Assembly: GCF_036971445.1 (NCBI RefSeq)
Contig: NC_091476.1
Coordinates: forward strand, 27,528,001 to 27,592,000
Length of the DNA stretch: 64,000 nucleotides
Direction: 5' to 3'
From: Narcine bancroftii
Lineage: Eukaryota
A model generated the notes under the pieces. That model worked only from the letters and a program-made list of their open reading frames with translations, made no database searches and was not told the DNA's origin. Position 1 is the first letter of the stretch; each line of letters opens with the position of its first letter. Positions 1-12,394 of this stretch are shown here, one piece after another. Made by a program: the position numbers and the translations under genes.

Positions 1-257
1 TTCCCCCAAATTACCTACTTTTATAAGGGATTCAATAATAACAAGAATGTATACGATTCGAAAACACACAGAAGTCCATAAAATTTGGTTCTGACAGGTG
101 GGGTTACGGCATTTATATTGTGTTCATGAAATATCAGGGACAATCTTCAAGCAACATGAGACTGATTGACACAACACTAAACATGGAAATTTTTGTCAGT
201 GAAACATTTTACCTTTTGAATTGTCAAAAGGATCTAATGTGATGGATTTCTACTCAC

Positions 258-427
258 TCTTGAGCTCCTCTTTATTCTTCTCACTAGCAGCATTGTCCAC
301 TCGCAGTGCGCGTCCATTAAATTCTCTCCCATTGAGATTGCGCATGGCACTGAGGGCAGTTTCCTGATCTTGATACTCACAGAAGCCATAGCCTTTTGGT
401 TTACCAGTTTCTCTATCGTATACAAGC
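258..427 (-). CDS. CSTF2: CSTF2 coding exon 3 (RRM); the gene continues beyond the left edge
   Basis: tctgtag acceptor, 170 nt encoding [62 protein letters not shown] donor. Confidence 0.97.
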
Positions 428-2011
428 CTACAGAGAGAGATATGCAAAATTAAAAGATGTTCCACTGGTATTTCTGCAAATTGCTACACAAGCAGAGAAC
501 TAGGCCATTTGTTTAGAGGAATTTCACAAAGGATTTCCAATGATGTGATGATGATCCAAGCAACCTAAAACAGATGTAACACCAGTTGTGTGGGCTGTTA
601 TTATAAATAATTGATCATGAATGATAAATAATTTGTTTGTAATAGCTTGAAGTGCAAACAGCTTACTTATCTGTAATTATACAGATAATTGATTTCACAT
701 TACTACAAGAAAACAAATTTAGCTTCCAAGGCATTCAGGGACATTTTATTCCAGTCCAAAACACTGAGGACCAATTTCCCCAAGAACTTTCCTTCTTCTG
801 CTGAACCTGATAATTGCAATCAAACAATGCATAGAATATTAGTTTGTTGTGACTCTGGACCAATAACCTGAAGCAATGGTCATCTAAGTAATCCATGAGG
901 CTTTAAACAGAGGTAAACTTACTTAGTAAGTTCACAAAATAACAATGTAAAAATAAATAAACATACCGTATTTGCACTCTAGCTGCCTCAGGCAAAGAGC
1001 TGCTAAAAATCAACAGAAGTCTCAGATATTGACAGGTATTTGATTAGTCTGAGCATCAAGGGTTACGGGGAGTTGGGCTGAATGGAAGGATGGATCAGCT
1101 CATCACAGAATGGCACAGCAGATTCGAAGGGGCGATTAGCCTACTTCTGCTCCTATATCTTGTGTCACCAAGACAACTCTTCTACAGAAATGGACCATGA
1201 TGGCATCAAGGGTTTATTGGAGGTAGGACATGTATTTTACAAAGGAGACACAAGTGAGGCCTCCATTCAAAAATAGCAGGGAATCACTGATCAAGAAACA
1301 ATAAAATCCTAGTATTGCAGTTTGGGAAAATTAACTTAATAAATATGCCACTTTGGGGGAGGGAAGGGGAAGAGGGAGAATATTGAACATTTACAACAGC
1401 TAATGAATGCCATAAAAGTACAAATTCTTCAAAAAAATTTGTTTTAGAAAAATGCAAATGCATACAACCTGGTTGATTCCTGGAAGCACCCACTTTCTGA
1501 GTACAATATGATAGTGCCTTCTGCGTGACAATAATCTAAAAGTTTAAATCCCACTGAAGTAGAATGAAGATTTGAATTCAGTTTAAAATTTTCCAACAAA
1601 GAAAACTGAATCAGTGAAAGAAAACACAAATGTGACATTTATACAGTATATGCACTTTAATGATGAAAACATTTGTCGTTACAATATTATTCCAGTCCCA
1701 GATCAATGTGGCTGATACTTAACCGAGAAAGAGTCCCTAAAAACTGTGTTTTTCAGACATCCAAGTAAACATGGAAACAAATTCACATACAAGGTCTGAC
1801 GTACAAGATTAATGACCAATTGCAAGATAAATGACCAATTGCAATATATAGTTGATGAAATTCAGGCCAGACTGATTGGAGTACAAGCTGTATGGACGAT
1901 GGAAGAAGCCCCAACTTATTAAATTAATTTTTTACATCCATATTACTATTAGAAATACACATTGAGTGGTTTTATTACATCATATGATGCAAATAATGGG
2001 GCAACAATCTA

Positions 2012-2268
2012 TAATTTAATTTAGACATACAGCATGGTAACAGGCCATTTCAGCCCAAGAGTCTGTGCCGCCCAATTTACACCCAATTAACCTACACCCC
2101 TGATATATTTCAAAAGGTGGGAGGAAACCAGAGCCTCTGGGGAAAATCCATGCAAACCCAGGAAGAACATACAAACTCCTTACAGCCAGCGCTGGAATCG
2201 AACCCTGATCTCAGTCATTGGTGCTGAAAAGGCATTGCGCTATCCACCAAGCCAACTGTGCCACCCCT
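2012..2268 (-). mobile_element. tRNA-derived V-SINE
   Basis: Reverse complement of the same head, V-domain and tail as 50042-50281. Confidence 0.85.
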
Positions 2269-2469
2269 ACACCAACAGTGCCATCCTTAGTTTGTGGATT
2301 TTAAAGTGAGAGTGCTACCATCTTGCATAGTTGAAAATTAATATATTTTTGTCTCAGGCACTACAAGTTTGGTAAGGTATTTCAAATTCTCATAGGCTTT
2401 GGTGAGTTGCAAGAATAGATGGAAATGCATTCTGAAAAACCAAGTGTTACAGAAAAGGAGGGCAAACAA

Positions 2470-2680
2470 ATCTGCAGATGCTGGGCTCTAATACTCTATA
2501 CAAAAGTGCTGGAGAAACTCAGCAAGTCATGGACTATCCATGGGTAGCAAAAGGCCATCAACGGTTTTGACCTGAGGCCTTCACATTCTTGATGAATGGC
2601 TCAGGCCCAATACATTGACTGCCTTTTACTTCCTATGACTGCTCTGGGACTTACGGAGTTTCTCCAACACCTTCGTTTAT
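2470..2680. mobile_element. Palindromic Penelope terminal-repeat derivative
   Basis: GTGCTGGAGAAACTCAGCAAGTC ... GACTTACGGAGTTTCTCCAACAC inverted arms. Confidence 0.75.
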
Positions 2681-3284
2681 GAACTTCATTTTCTCCTCAT
2701 TGATATTTCAGAATTAAACAATAAACACACTTCATTTCATTTAGTTTTATTACATAAAATTAGCAAAAATGCTCTCTGACTTGCTTTGAGCTCTGTTCAT
2801 TGCAAATGGTCACATTTTAAATACTGTATCCTTCCCTGTAAAATTTAAAAAAACATATTACTGCAAGGGCTTTTATCAAAGGAATTGCAACTAAATTTGT
2901 AGCAAAATGTGACACAACAGTTGCTTTTATCCAGAAAATAAAATGGTGATGGCCATATGGTTTAAAAAAACCATATTTAAAAACTTTCAAATTGTAGGCA
3001 GCCCAAACTTCATTTGGTTTTGCCAAGACTTGAGTAAAGCAACTAATACAAGATCAGGGGGGATTTCTCACAAAAATCAAATCTGCAGGAGCCTTGAGTC
3101 AGCATCAGTAGCAATGGTACCAGACAAAAATAAATGCACAAAAAAACCCACCTATTTTTCAACCACTAAAATAACTAATAAAACATATTAGTTTTTATGA
3201 TAATCAAATATGTGATTTGTTGTTTATTTTCCACTGTCCAAAATAAAATTATTTTTGTATTATAGGTTTACACAGGCATTAGCA

Positions 3285-4065
3285 AATGGCAGCTCTCCCG
3301 CAGCCGTTGGTGTGGACCCTGGAGAGCTGGGAAGACACAGTGTATCCCCGCGGGATCCATCCGCCTAGTCTGACTGCTATCAGCTTTGTATGAGCTTTAA
3401 ATGACCTGTCAAAGGAGCCAACAGTGGTTTATTTTAAAATCCCCCAACCACAGGGCCTGGGCCCAAGATGGCAGCGCCTATGATTAGCAGCAAAGGGTTT
3501 GCAGACTTCGGCGAAGCAGAGGACTAGTGCAAGGCACGAGAAATGGGGAGAACACCCCACATTTCAGAAGCAGAGGGGAACAACCCATGGGATGGTGACC
3601 ACGGTGGTGGACCAGCAAGGAGCTCTGCGGCTGAAAAACACACAAGTGGCGGGCTGTCAGCAACTCAAGGCGAGGAACCCAAGCAAACTGCGGGCTGCTG
3701 GCGACTGTGGTCAAGGGACGCACACCAGGCTGCAAACTGCTGGGACTGGCTGAAGGGGCACCGGTATCGGAACTTGGATGCAAAAGGGTATAGAGGGCTC
3801 TGAGGGCTTCCTGATTGTGTCAGAGTTTGCATCTCGAGCTTAAGTTGCCAATGGTTTGGACTGGAAGCTGTGAGTCAGTGGGAGTGCTGGAGGTGAATCC
3901 GTGAACACTCAGTGATTCTGGGAGGACTCTCTTTCTCTGGCTGTAAGGGGTGCTGGGCAATTTCTGCTGAAAGCAATCTTTGTCTGCCTTTCAGTAGACT
4001 AAAGGAAATGTTGTGTAATATTACATTTTCTATTTTATTACATGACTATAAAGGTATCTTGAAAT
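3285..4065 (+). mobile_element. Unclassified ~750 bp interspersed element, copy A
   Basis: Co-linear with 9790-10547 and 10855-11512; contains CCCAAGATGGC and ends ...TGACxATAAA..ATCTTGA. Confidence 0.8.
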
Positions 4066-4441
4066 CTCATCTGACAAGATTTTTTAATTAAAAAGTTACA
4101 GCCAATGGCAACCGAACATCCTGCGAAACTTCTGTGCCCTAAGATACCAAACCCCACGAATCTCAACACTTGTTCAAAACTTATTGAAAAGACGTAGCAT
4201 CAAACAGATTGTTTCTTTCATTTCCAGTGTATTTTAATTGTCACAGATGTTTGCAATAATATCAAAATGCTAATGTTTTATTGGGAATGAGATGGGGTTA
4301 GCTTATCTCAACAGCAAAACTCCTATGGAAAATAGAATCAAGACATATTTCTGAAATGTTTACACCTTCGAGAAGAATTGTATGTAAAACTATGTCATAC
4401 AAGTTGACAAAGAAGAATGGTATGTTGAAAACAGATGATAC

Positions 4442-4520
4442 CTGAAACTCAACACAGGACCAACTTCCGAGAAAATATCCTTCAATTGTTCTTCTGTGGC
4501 TTCATATGGAATATTTCCAA
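4442..4520 (-). CDS. CSTF2: CSTF2 coding exon 2 (RRM)
   Basis: ttccag acceptor, 79 nt encoding (V)[25 protein letters not shown](R), GTATC donor; phases 1 and 2 fit the neighbouring exons. Confidence 0.96.
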
Positions 4521-4810
4521 CTGGAAACAAGAAAAACAATTAAAGGAAAATTTCAACTCAATGTGAGTCATTAGTCTCTTAATTTAATTTATTGCTCTTT
4601 ATTTACATACTTTACAGAAATACTAGATTTCTTAAACAATGATGGCACTGTACAATTATTGCATTTATACAAGACGCAGCTAAATTTTCCAAGAGGATGT
4701 GCTGTGCTGTTAAATCCAGCACATTTCAATCGTAAATATGATCTTTATCTCAATGCAAAGGCAACCCAGATGGACAGACTAGTGACATTATCACTCAATA
4801 GTTTAACTAC

Positions 4811-4878
4811 TTCTGTATTCAAGAACAATTGGTTCTGTATTCAAGAACAATTGGTTCTGTATTCAAGATCAATTGGTT
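4811..4878 (+). repeat. 22-bp tandem repeat, 3 copies
   Basis: TTCTGTATTCAAGAACAATTGG x3. Confidence 0.9.
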
Positions 4879-4934
4879 CCCATTATATGATCAGTTATCT
4901 CACAAATAAACAGCAATCTGTGCTAGCAAAAAAT

Positions 4935-5605
4935 TGTAAGAGACTCCCACATCTATACACACATTCCCTTCTCTGCCTTCTGCAGGGACCACTCCCTCTT
5001 TGACTCCTTTATCCACTCCTCCCTCTTCATCAATTGATCCCTTGGCACCCATCCTTGTGACCACAGGAGATGCTCCACTTGAGCTCACTCCTCCTTCCTC
5101 ACCACCATTCAGAGCCCCAAGCAGACCTTCCAAGCGAAGCAACATCTCCCTTGTGAATCTGCAGAGGTGATCTACTGCATCCGGTGCTCCTGCTGCGGTC
5201 CCCTGTACACCGGAGAGACTGACCAGACTGGGATATCACTTTGTTGAACACCTCACATCTGCCTGCTGCAATAGTGTCGATCTCCCAGTGGCCACCTGTT
5301 TCAATACTCCTTCTCATTTCCTTGTGGGTACGTCTGTGCATGGTCTCATGCACTGCCAGACTGAGACCACTGGCAAATTGGAGGAAAACCTCGAATTCTG
5401 TCTGGGTACCCTAGAACTGGATGGCATTAACACCGTCTTCTCTGATTTCGGTTAACCACCACCACCCCACCCTCCTCGTCTTTATTCTAACCGTTCCTGT
5501 TCTTTGCTTATTCATTGAAGGCAGGCTCAGGCCCAAAACGTAGGCAATATTATCTTTATCGCTGTAAAACCGGCTGATTTCCTCCAACATTTCGGTGTGT
5601 TTTTA
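4935..5605 (+). mobile_element. Penelope-like element 3' fragment (GIY-YIG endonuclease remnant and terminal repeat)
   Basis: VIYCIRCSCCGPLYTGET...LGYHFVEHL motif; ends in GCTGATTTCCTCCAACATT. Confidence 0.82.
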
Positions 5606-5699
5606 GCTCTTTCCTATTTTCACCCAGTCTTTGTACCCGTTACCTATGATACCTTTCCATGTCTTTTGTTTTCCCTATTTTTTTTGGACTAAATGAGCA

Positions 5700-6290
5700 C
5701 AAAGGAACCCCGCATTAGTGGGTCGCCTCTCCCCTGTCCCGGGGACCCCTGGGTCCCTCGACCTATCCAAAGGGAGATGAAACACGTGGCTGCACGGCCG
5801 CCCCATCGCCGCAATTTTTCCATTCGCCCGCACCCTTACCGAACACGGAACGCAGCGAGCGGTCGATGGCCGGGTCCCGCACCAAGTTCGCCATGGCCAC
5901 CGCTCGTCGCCCCGCTTCCGCTAAGAAACGGAAGCCAAGACGCTCATCCGTCCGCCCGTCCCCAACACGCAGTTCCGGGCAGCGTCGGCAGGAGGCTGTA
6001 CCCAGCGTCCCTTGCGGTTTGATCAAAACTAATGGATGGAGGGTTAACACGTGGAATGGGAGTTGTGTCCTGATGCCAAGAGCAGTTCAGAGGTTTCTCC
6101 ATCATTGGAGGGAGGGGAAGAGGGGGGAAGGGGGGGGAAGGGAGGGGGAAGGGGGGGGAAGGGGGGGAAGGGGGGGGAAGGGGAAGGGGGAAGGGGAAGG
6201 GGGAGGGGCCTCAAGTGGTCAGGGAACGTGACTGAAGTCTTACAGTAAATGTTGGAGGAATTCAGCACATCTCTCAGCGTCCATAGGAGG
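5700..6290. promoter_or_regulatory. CpG-island / putative bidirectional promoter of CSTF2 and TRMT12, including a G-rich polypurine tract at ~6107-6208
   Basis: Local CpG enrichment around CSTF2 exon 1; the divergent TRMT12 first coding exon is ~2.1 kb from the CSTF2 ATG. TSS positions cannot be determined from sequence. Confidence 0.7.
5840..5894 (-). CDS. CSTF2: CSTF2 (cleavage stimulation factor 64 kDa) coding exon 1
   Basis: GCCATGG Kozak start at 5894; translates MANLVRDPAIDRSLRSVF+G, matching the CstF-64 N-terminus; GTAAG donor at 5839; lies in a CpG-rich region. Confidence 0.95.
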
Positions 6291-6295
6291 TAAAT

Positions 6296-6302
6296 GTATA
6301 TA

Positions 6303-6335
<33 letters not shown>
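6296..6335. repeat. (TA)n microsatellite
   Basis: Directly visible. Confidence 0.9.
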
Positions 6336-7059
6336 CTTAAAGGTATAAGCAAAAAAAAAACAGGAAGGTGGCCTTAATAAAAGCAGAGTGAAAAAATGGG
6401 AGGGGGGGGCAGTTATTAACTGGATACAATAAGAGGAAAGGTGAGGATTGATTTTGGCTCTGTGAAAGAAGACAGAGAGAGACAGTTAGGGGAAAGGCCA
6501 CAGGGGGAGGAAGAAGGGGTGGTTTAACGAAAACTGGAGGTTGATGTTATGCCATCTGGTTGGAGGGTGCCCAGGCAGAACAGGAAGTGTTGTTCCTCCG
6601 ATTTGCAGGTGGTTTCAGTCCGCCTGTGCATGAGGCAACGGAATGGGACGGAAAATTGAACTGGGACCTTTCTCAAAGGGTCTGGTTGCTCATTGTCATC
6701 ATATTTTGTTACTTTAGCTAGGCCTCAAGACTCCAAAAAAAATGTGCTGATTATGGCTGAACTTCCAGTACATTCAGACATTGACCAGTTTCCTCATCTG
6801 ACCTCCACAATGACGGTTTTAAATCAACGACAAAGGAAAAAAAAACTATTGCTAAGATGCCTTAAAGCACTGTATAGTTGGTTATTTTATGAAGCCATTG
6901 TGACCAGCTTGTCATTAAGTCATCTTCATAGCTCCAAAGTGGAGCTATTAATCATCATCCAATCAATCAGATCACTCAGTAAAAGACCTGTACCTTGTCC
7001 ATATGATGGTGCTAATATTCAGGAAAGGTGGTGAAAATAGTGCCCATTGCAAATATACT

Positions 7060-7855
7060 TTTCCTTTTCAATCATTTCTATAATAATAAATAGAATACAA
7101 TGAAGCAAGTATACTTTTGTCATTTTCCTGTACCATGAGCCACACTGCAGGCTGCACAGAGAATTCTGTACTCAATATTATACATATACAAAAGAGAGAA
7201 ATATAAGAAAACTGGTGAAATACAGAAAATAAATATTCAATCATAATGCACAACTTAAGAGTCTTTAAATGAGTCTCCGATTGAATCTGTTGTTTAGGAG
7301 TCTGATGGTGGAAGAGGGTAACTATTCCTGAACCTCGTGATATGAGTCTTGTGGCACCTACACCTCTTTCCTGAGAATAGTACATGCCCTAGGTGGTGTG
7401 GATCCTTGATCATTGCTACTGCTCTTTGATGGCACCGTTCCCTATATATGTTCTTGATGGTGTGGAGAGTTTTTCCTGTGATGTACTGGGCTGTGTCCAC
7501 TAACTTTTGCAAGGCTTTCCAGTCAGAGGTATTGGTACCTCCATATAAGGCCATGATTCAGCCAGTCAGCACACTTTCCACCACAGAACTGTAGAGGTTT
7601 GCCAAGGTTTCCAATGTTATACCTAACCTCTGCAAACTCCTGAGGAGACAGATGCTGATGTGCTATCTTCACAATGGCATTAGTATATTGGGTCCAGAAA
7701 AGGTCCTCCAAGGTAGTGACTCCCAGGAATTTAAATTTGGTCACCTTCTCCACCTCTGATTTACCAATCATCACCTGATTGTACACATCTGGTTTTCTCT
7801 TCATGAAGTCAACATTCAGCTCCAAAGTGAATGTCAGGTTGTTGGTGCACCACTA
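7060..7855 (-). mobile_element. Rex1/Babar-type LINE 3' fragment
   Basis: ELNVDF, VEKVTKFKFLGV, ALQKLVDTAQYITG and IKDPHH motifs. Confidence 0.82.
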
Positions 7856-8018
7856 GTATAATATGAATCTTGTAAGTAAATATCCAGTACTGTGAAAGCT
7901 GACAGATGAATTTACTGCACATTTATGAACAAAGTATATACAGTATTTGAAAGAAGATAACCAAGAAAATTAATTGGTCTATATTTGAACATTTTTTTCA
8001 GATGTTACAAGGCTGAGA

Positions 8019-8074
8019 ATGCAGACTGAAAGAAATGCAATTGTGACTCAGGCCCAGTTTGCACAACAATACAG
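8019..8074 (+). CDS. TRMT12: TRMT12/TYW2 (tRNA wybutosine-synthesizing protein 2) coding exon 1
   Basis: tttttttcag acceptor ending at 8001; ATG at 8019 gives MQTERNAIVTQAQFAQQY(R), resembling human AVVTEPWFTQRYR; GTGAAT donor; phase 2 fits the next exon. The frame is also open from the acceptor, so the start could be in an upstream exon. Confidence 0.8.
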
Positions 8075-8639
8075 GTGAATCATGGCACAATTTTATTTGT
8101 TTCATAACATCGAGAAAGAAGCATATTTTACTTTATTATTACTTTTAATTTTCCAGAGCTAATACAAATACTGTATTTAAAAGTTCTCAATAATGCACAG
8201 TATTTTAAATCCAACAATATTTCTTTGGATAGTAATTTTCCAATATGATTTAAATATCTTTTTAAAATATCAGAATTTACTTGTTCATCTTTTTTTTTAA
8301 TTCCTTCTTAAATTTGAATTTTAAAATTACTGCCCGAGAATCTGGAAAATCTGAAAATCTGGACCAACCCAATCCCCAGGCAGTCTGGATTTTCAGATTT
8401 CTACTGTCTCCCAAATAAAAGTAACTCAGAAGAATTTCATAAAATTGATGTTAATCAAGTTAGTAAAACTTGAGTCTACAGTCCTGTTGAAAGATGTCTG
8501 AACATGATCCTGATTCATTTCCAGCTTGCAGGACTTGCCTGTCAGTGCTTGAATAGATGGTCCTGATTTGAAACATCAGAAACATTTTGATGCAAATAGT
8601 GGAAAGTTTACATTATTGACATTGAGTACAATTCTTCAT

Positions 8640-10800
8640 AGAATCATGGGATTTGGAAAGAGACCATACATACCATCATGTTCAAAAGAACAAAAGACTT
8701 GGGCTAATCCTGTTTCCTAGCTTTGATCTATAGACCTGCAGGCTGCAAGTCTTCAAGTTCTCATTTAGTTCTTTTTAACTAGAAATGGAGACATGGATTT
8801 ATGTCTCCATTGGTATTTCGTGCAGGGAGTTCCAAAACCTTGCCACATGTTGAGTGAAATAATATTTCAACTCATCTCCAACCCTTACACAATTAACTTT
8901 CATCTATGCTCCATATTACACACCTGCTGCAAAAGGAAATGGGTTAATTCTGCTTCATCTGGGCCTCATTTTGTTTTAAATCTCCCTTCAATATTTTTGT
9001 TCCAAGAAAGCAAATTCAGCCTTGTCGCTTCATGACAATAATACTTCATCACTGGCAATATTTTCAGGAACATCTCTCATTCTGTTTCGTCTTTCCTATA
9101 ACATGGTGACCAGAACTGAATAAACACTCAACCTGTGGCTTATCAGGTCCATTCCAGAATGACCTTTCTCTTCCAGTATTTCGTTGTTGGACCAATATAA
9201 ACAAGTAATGATGTGTAAGTAATTAACAAACATATCTATCTGTCCTGTTGTCATAGTCAAAGTTAAACTGTATGGTAACCAAGGTACCTATCTCAGTTAG
9301 TCAATTTGTCTATGTTCTTCAAGGAATTGTAAACGTTCACTACAATTTCTCTGCACTACATGGGACCATGCTATTTATTGTGTATTCTCTTGCCGTGTCA
9401 GCCCTTCCCAAATGCATTAAATTTCCTTGGATTGAAGTTTGTTTGCCACTTTCCTGCCCACTGAACCAAACCATTGATACTTTTATGTAGCCTGCAGCTT
9501 TCTTCTTTATTATCATCTGAAATACCATTCTGATACCAACGGCAAATTTCTTAATTGACGGCCCTTACAATGAACTTCAAATCATTTAAATGTGTTATGA
9601 GAAACAGGGCTGCACTTCAGCACTTCACTCACTACATCTTCCATAAACTATTTCTCTTTGCTTTCTGCCCATGAACCCAACTTATTGCTTTCTCGTCAAT
9701 CTTGTATTACTTTCTAAGTGATCTGCTGTTTGTGTCTGTCAAATATCAACGCAAAATACATGTGGACACATTAGATGTTCAAGTCTGAAAGTGGTGACAC
9801 TGCTGTCACAGCAGCGCTGCCGCTGGTGCGGGCCCACAGGGTCCAACCACCCAGTCAACTGCTGTCAGCCCGTTAAAGGAGCTGGTAGTAGTTTTATTTA
9901 GAATCGCCCGATTGCATGGACTGCACCCAAGATGGTGGCATCTATGATCGGCAGCAGCCACGAGAGGTCGCAGGAGCAGAGGACTGGTGCAGGGCACCAG
10001 AAAACGGGGAGACCATCCCCATCTGAGAAGGAGAAGCAGAGGAGACGACACACGGGACAGTGACCACAGCGGCAGACCAGTGAGGGGGTTCTGCAGCTGA
10101 AAGACTAACACGTGCGGCAGGCTGCTGATGAGGCGAGGAGCCCATAGAGGCTGTGGGCTGATGGAGACTGCTGTTGGGATACTCGCATTGGGCTGCAGAC
10201 TGCTGATGACTGGCTTGAAACTAGCCAAAGGGTTACCAGGTATTGGAACTGGGATGCGAGAGGGTACCGAAGGCATTGAAGGGTCCCTAGCTGTGTTGGA
10301 GGTTCAGATCTGGAGCTCAAGTTGCCAATGGTTTGGGCTGGACTCTGTGTGGCTGCAGAGGCTGCGGAAGTGAATCTACGGGCACTCAGTAACTCTGGGA
10401 GGACTTTCTTTTGCTTCTCTCTCTGAATGTAAGAGGCGCTTCAGGCAATTTCTGCCGAAGGCGAAATTGTCTGCCTTGCATTAGGCAAAAGCAATTTCAT
10501 GTAATATGACACTGTTTTATTATAATGACAATAAACTGGATCTTGACTTTTCAATAACACTCCTTTGTTTATCCTAAAAAATTATATCAGTGAGACGCAA
10601 TCAACCCTTAATGAATAAATGTTGTCTTTAATTAACCTGTGCCTCCAAATGCTAATATATGCTTTCTCTCTACATTTCTTCCAACAATTTTCCCACTACT
10701 TATGTCTAACAGGTCTTTAGTTGCTTACTCTTCTTTCTCCCTTTTAAAACAATTTCAGCCCTCTCTCTCTATAATCTATCATCAAAGAATTTTAAAGATT
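8640..10800 (-). mobile_element. Old CR1-clade LINE fragment interrupted by the ~750 bp element at ~9790-10547
   Basis: Reversed CR1-like 3' region (GGTGACCAGAACTGAATAAACACTC and others) on both sides of the insertion. Confidence 0.6.
9790..10547 (+). mobile_element. Unclassified ~750 bp interspersed element, copy B
   Basis: Co-linear with copy A over its whole length. Confidence 0.8.
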
Positions 10801-10854
10801 GCAAAATACTGTTAGCATCCCAATTGGGTTTAAAGGAACTTGTAAGCTAAAAAT

Positions 10855-11512
10855 GACAGCGCTTGTGCAGATCTGGGAGAGCAGAGTCATAGTGCAGCTC
10901 TGAAGTGTTCAACTACCCAGTCCTAATGCTGGCAGCTCCTTAGAGGCTTTAAACAACCTGTCAAAGGAGCTGATGGTGTTTGTAAAATCCTGCAACTGAG
11001 GACATCTATGCCCAAGACTGCAGCGCTTGTGGTCGTCGGCAGTCACGAACATTTGCAGATGCCAGGGAGCACCAAAAACGGGCGATTACCTTCCATTGAG
11101 AAGGAGATGTCTTTACATGACCATGACCACAGCGGTGGACCAGCGAGGAGCTCAGCGGCTGAGGGTTCTGCACAGGCTGTGAGAAACATCCAGTCAGGAG
11201 ACCAGCATATTGCGGGAGACTGGCTCATGAGAACCAGGTATTATTGCTGAGGGCAAAAAGGGTTACCAAAGAGCTTCAGGTGCTGAAGGCTTTCTGATCA
11301 TGTCAGAGGTTTGGATCTGGTGTTCAGCTTGCCAACAAATCAAACAGGGGTCTATGCAGTTGCAGAGGCTGCAAGAGCGCAGAAGACAAATCATGAACAC
11401 TCAGGGACTCTAAAGAAACTTTTTTTTGCTTCTATTTTTCTCTTGTGGTAAGGGGCTCTGGGCGACACTAATGGCAACTCTGTCTTACGGCAGACAGAAG
11501 GCACTTTTGTGT
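10855..11512 (+). mobile_element. Unclassified interspersed element, copy C (3' end interrupted)
   Basis: Co-linear with copies A and B; more diverged. Confidence 0.75.
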
Positions 11513-11887
11513 ACAGGTTGAACTTTAATCCGACGACCTTGGGACCTGGCCATTGTCAGACCACAGAAAATAGTTGTCAAAGGTGAGGTAGTTGCCTCGA
11601 TCAGACCCATTTTCTGAGCTAAAATATTCCAATCTATAGCAAATCAAAGTGCAGTTAGTGCAATGCCTTTACTGTGTCAGCGATCGGGACTGTGGTTTGA
11701 ATCCCGTGCTGTCTGTAAGAACTTTGTACCAACAGTGGGTGCCGGACCACTGAGCGCCAGATTTAGGAGGTTCAGCCTGTACTGTATCATTGTATAACAA
11801 TGAAGGAAGCTTATAAGTCTATAGATTTCCATCATCCCTGATCCGAAAGTGATGTTTACCTTCCTTCCATTGTATTTCCTCCAACAG

Positions 11888-12056
11888 AGAGTTTTTGGAG
11901 AAGAATGGCTTCTTGGACACAACCTACCGTCTCCAGAAGCAACCTGATGGATTAGTGGCATTGCCTGTGCTTTGCGATAAACTCCACCAGCTTGACCATC
12001 TCAACTTGTGTGACACCGTGGCTCCAGGAAGTACATGCAATTTCACAGTGATGAAG
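11888..12056 (+). CDS. TRMT12: TRMT12 coding exon 2
   Basis: ccaacag acceptor; EFLEKNGFLDTTYRLQKQPDGLVALPVL...VAPGSTCNFTVMK; GTAGGA donor; 169 nt. Confidence 0.92.
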
Positions 12057-12394
12057 GTAGGATTTCTCTGCTTGTTGGGGCGCACATCTACACAAGCATT
12101 TGAATTGTCACATCGTACTGGAATATCGGATCATCAGAAATTGATTATGAGTGGGTTGTGTCCTTCACTATCGACAATATTTGTTCAAGAGCATTAATAA
12201 TGTATCATTCAGAATGAAGAGAATCCCACCCTTGACTAAGTTGCAGCTAGCGAAGTATTTTATATTCTCTGGTGACATCAAAGATCTCCGAGCATTCCTA
12301 TCTGTCTTGTTCTTGCACTTATTTTCCTGTAACATATTCTCCTTCGTGCCCAATGTCTCTCCTTCTACCCCCCCCTCTAATTTTTTTAATGTTG

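Noticed and set aside
5693-6352. Long ORFs around the CSTF2 promoter
   Set aside because: Low-complexity G-tract and CpG-island artefacts; only 5840-5894 on the minus strand is real coding sequence.
9806-10373. ORFs within the ~750 bp repeat family
   Set aside because: Reading frames are not conserved among copies A, B and C.
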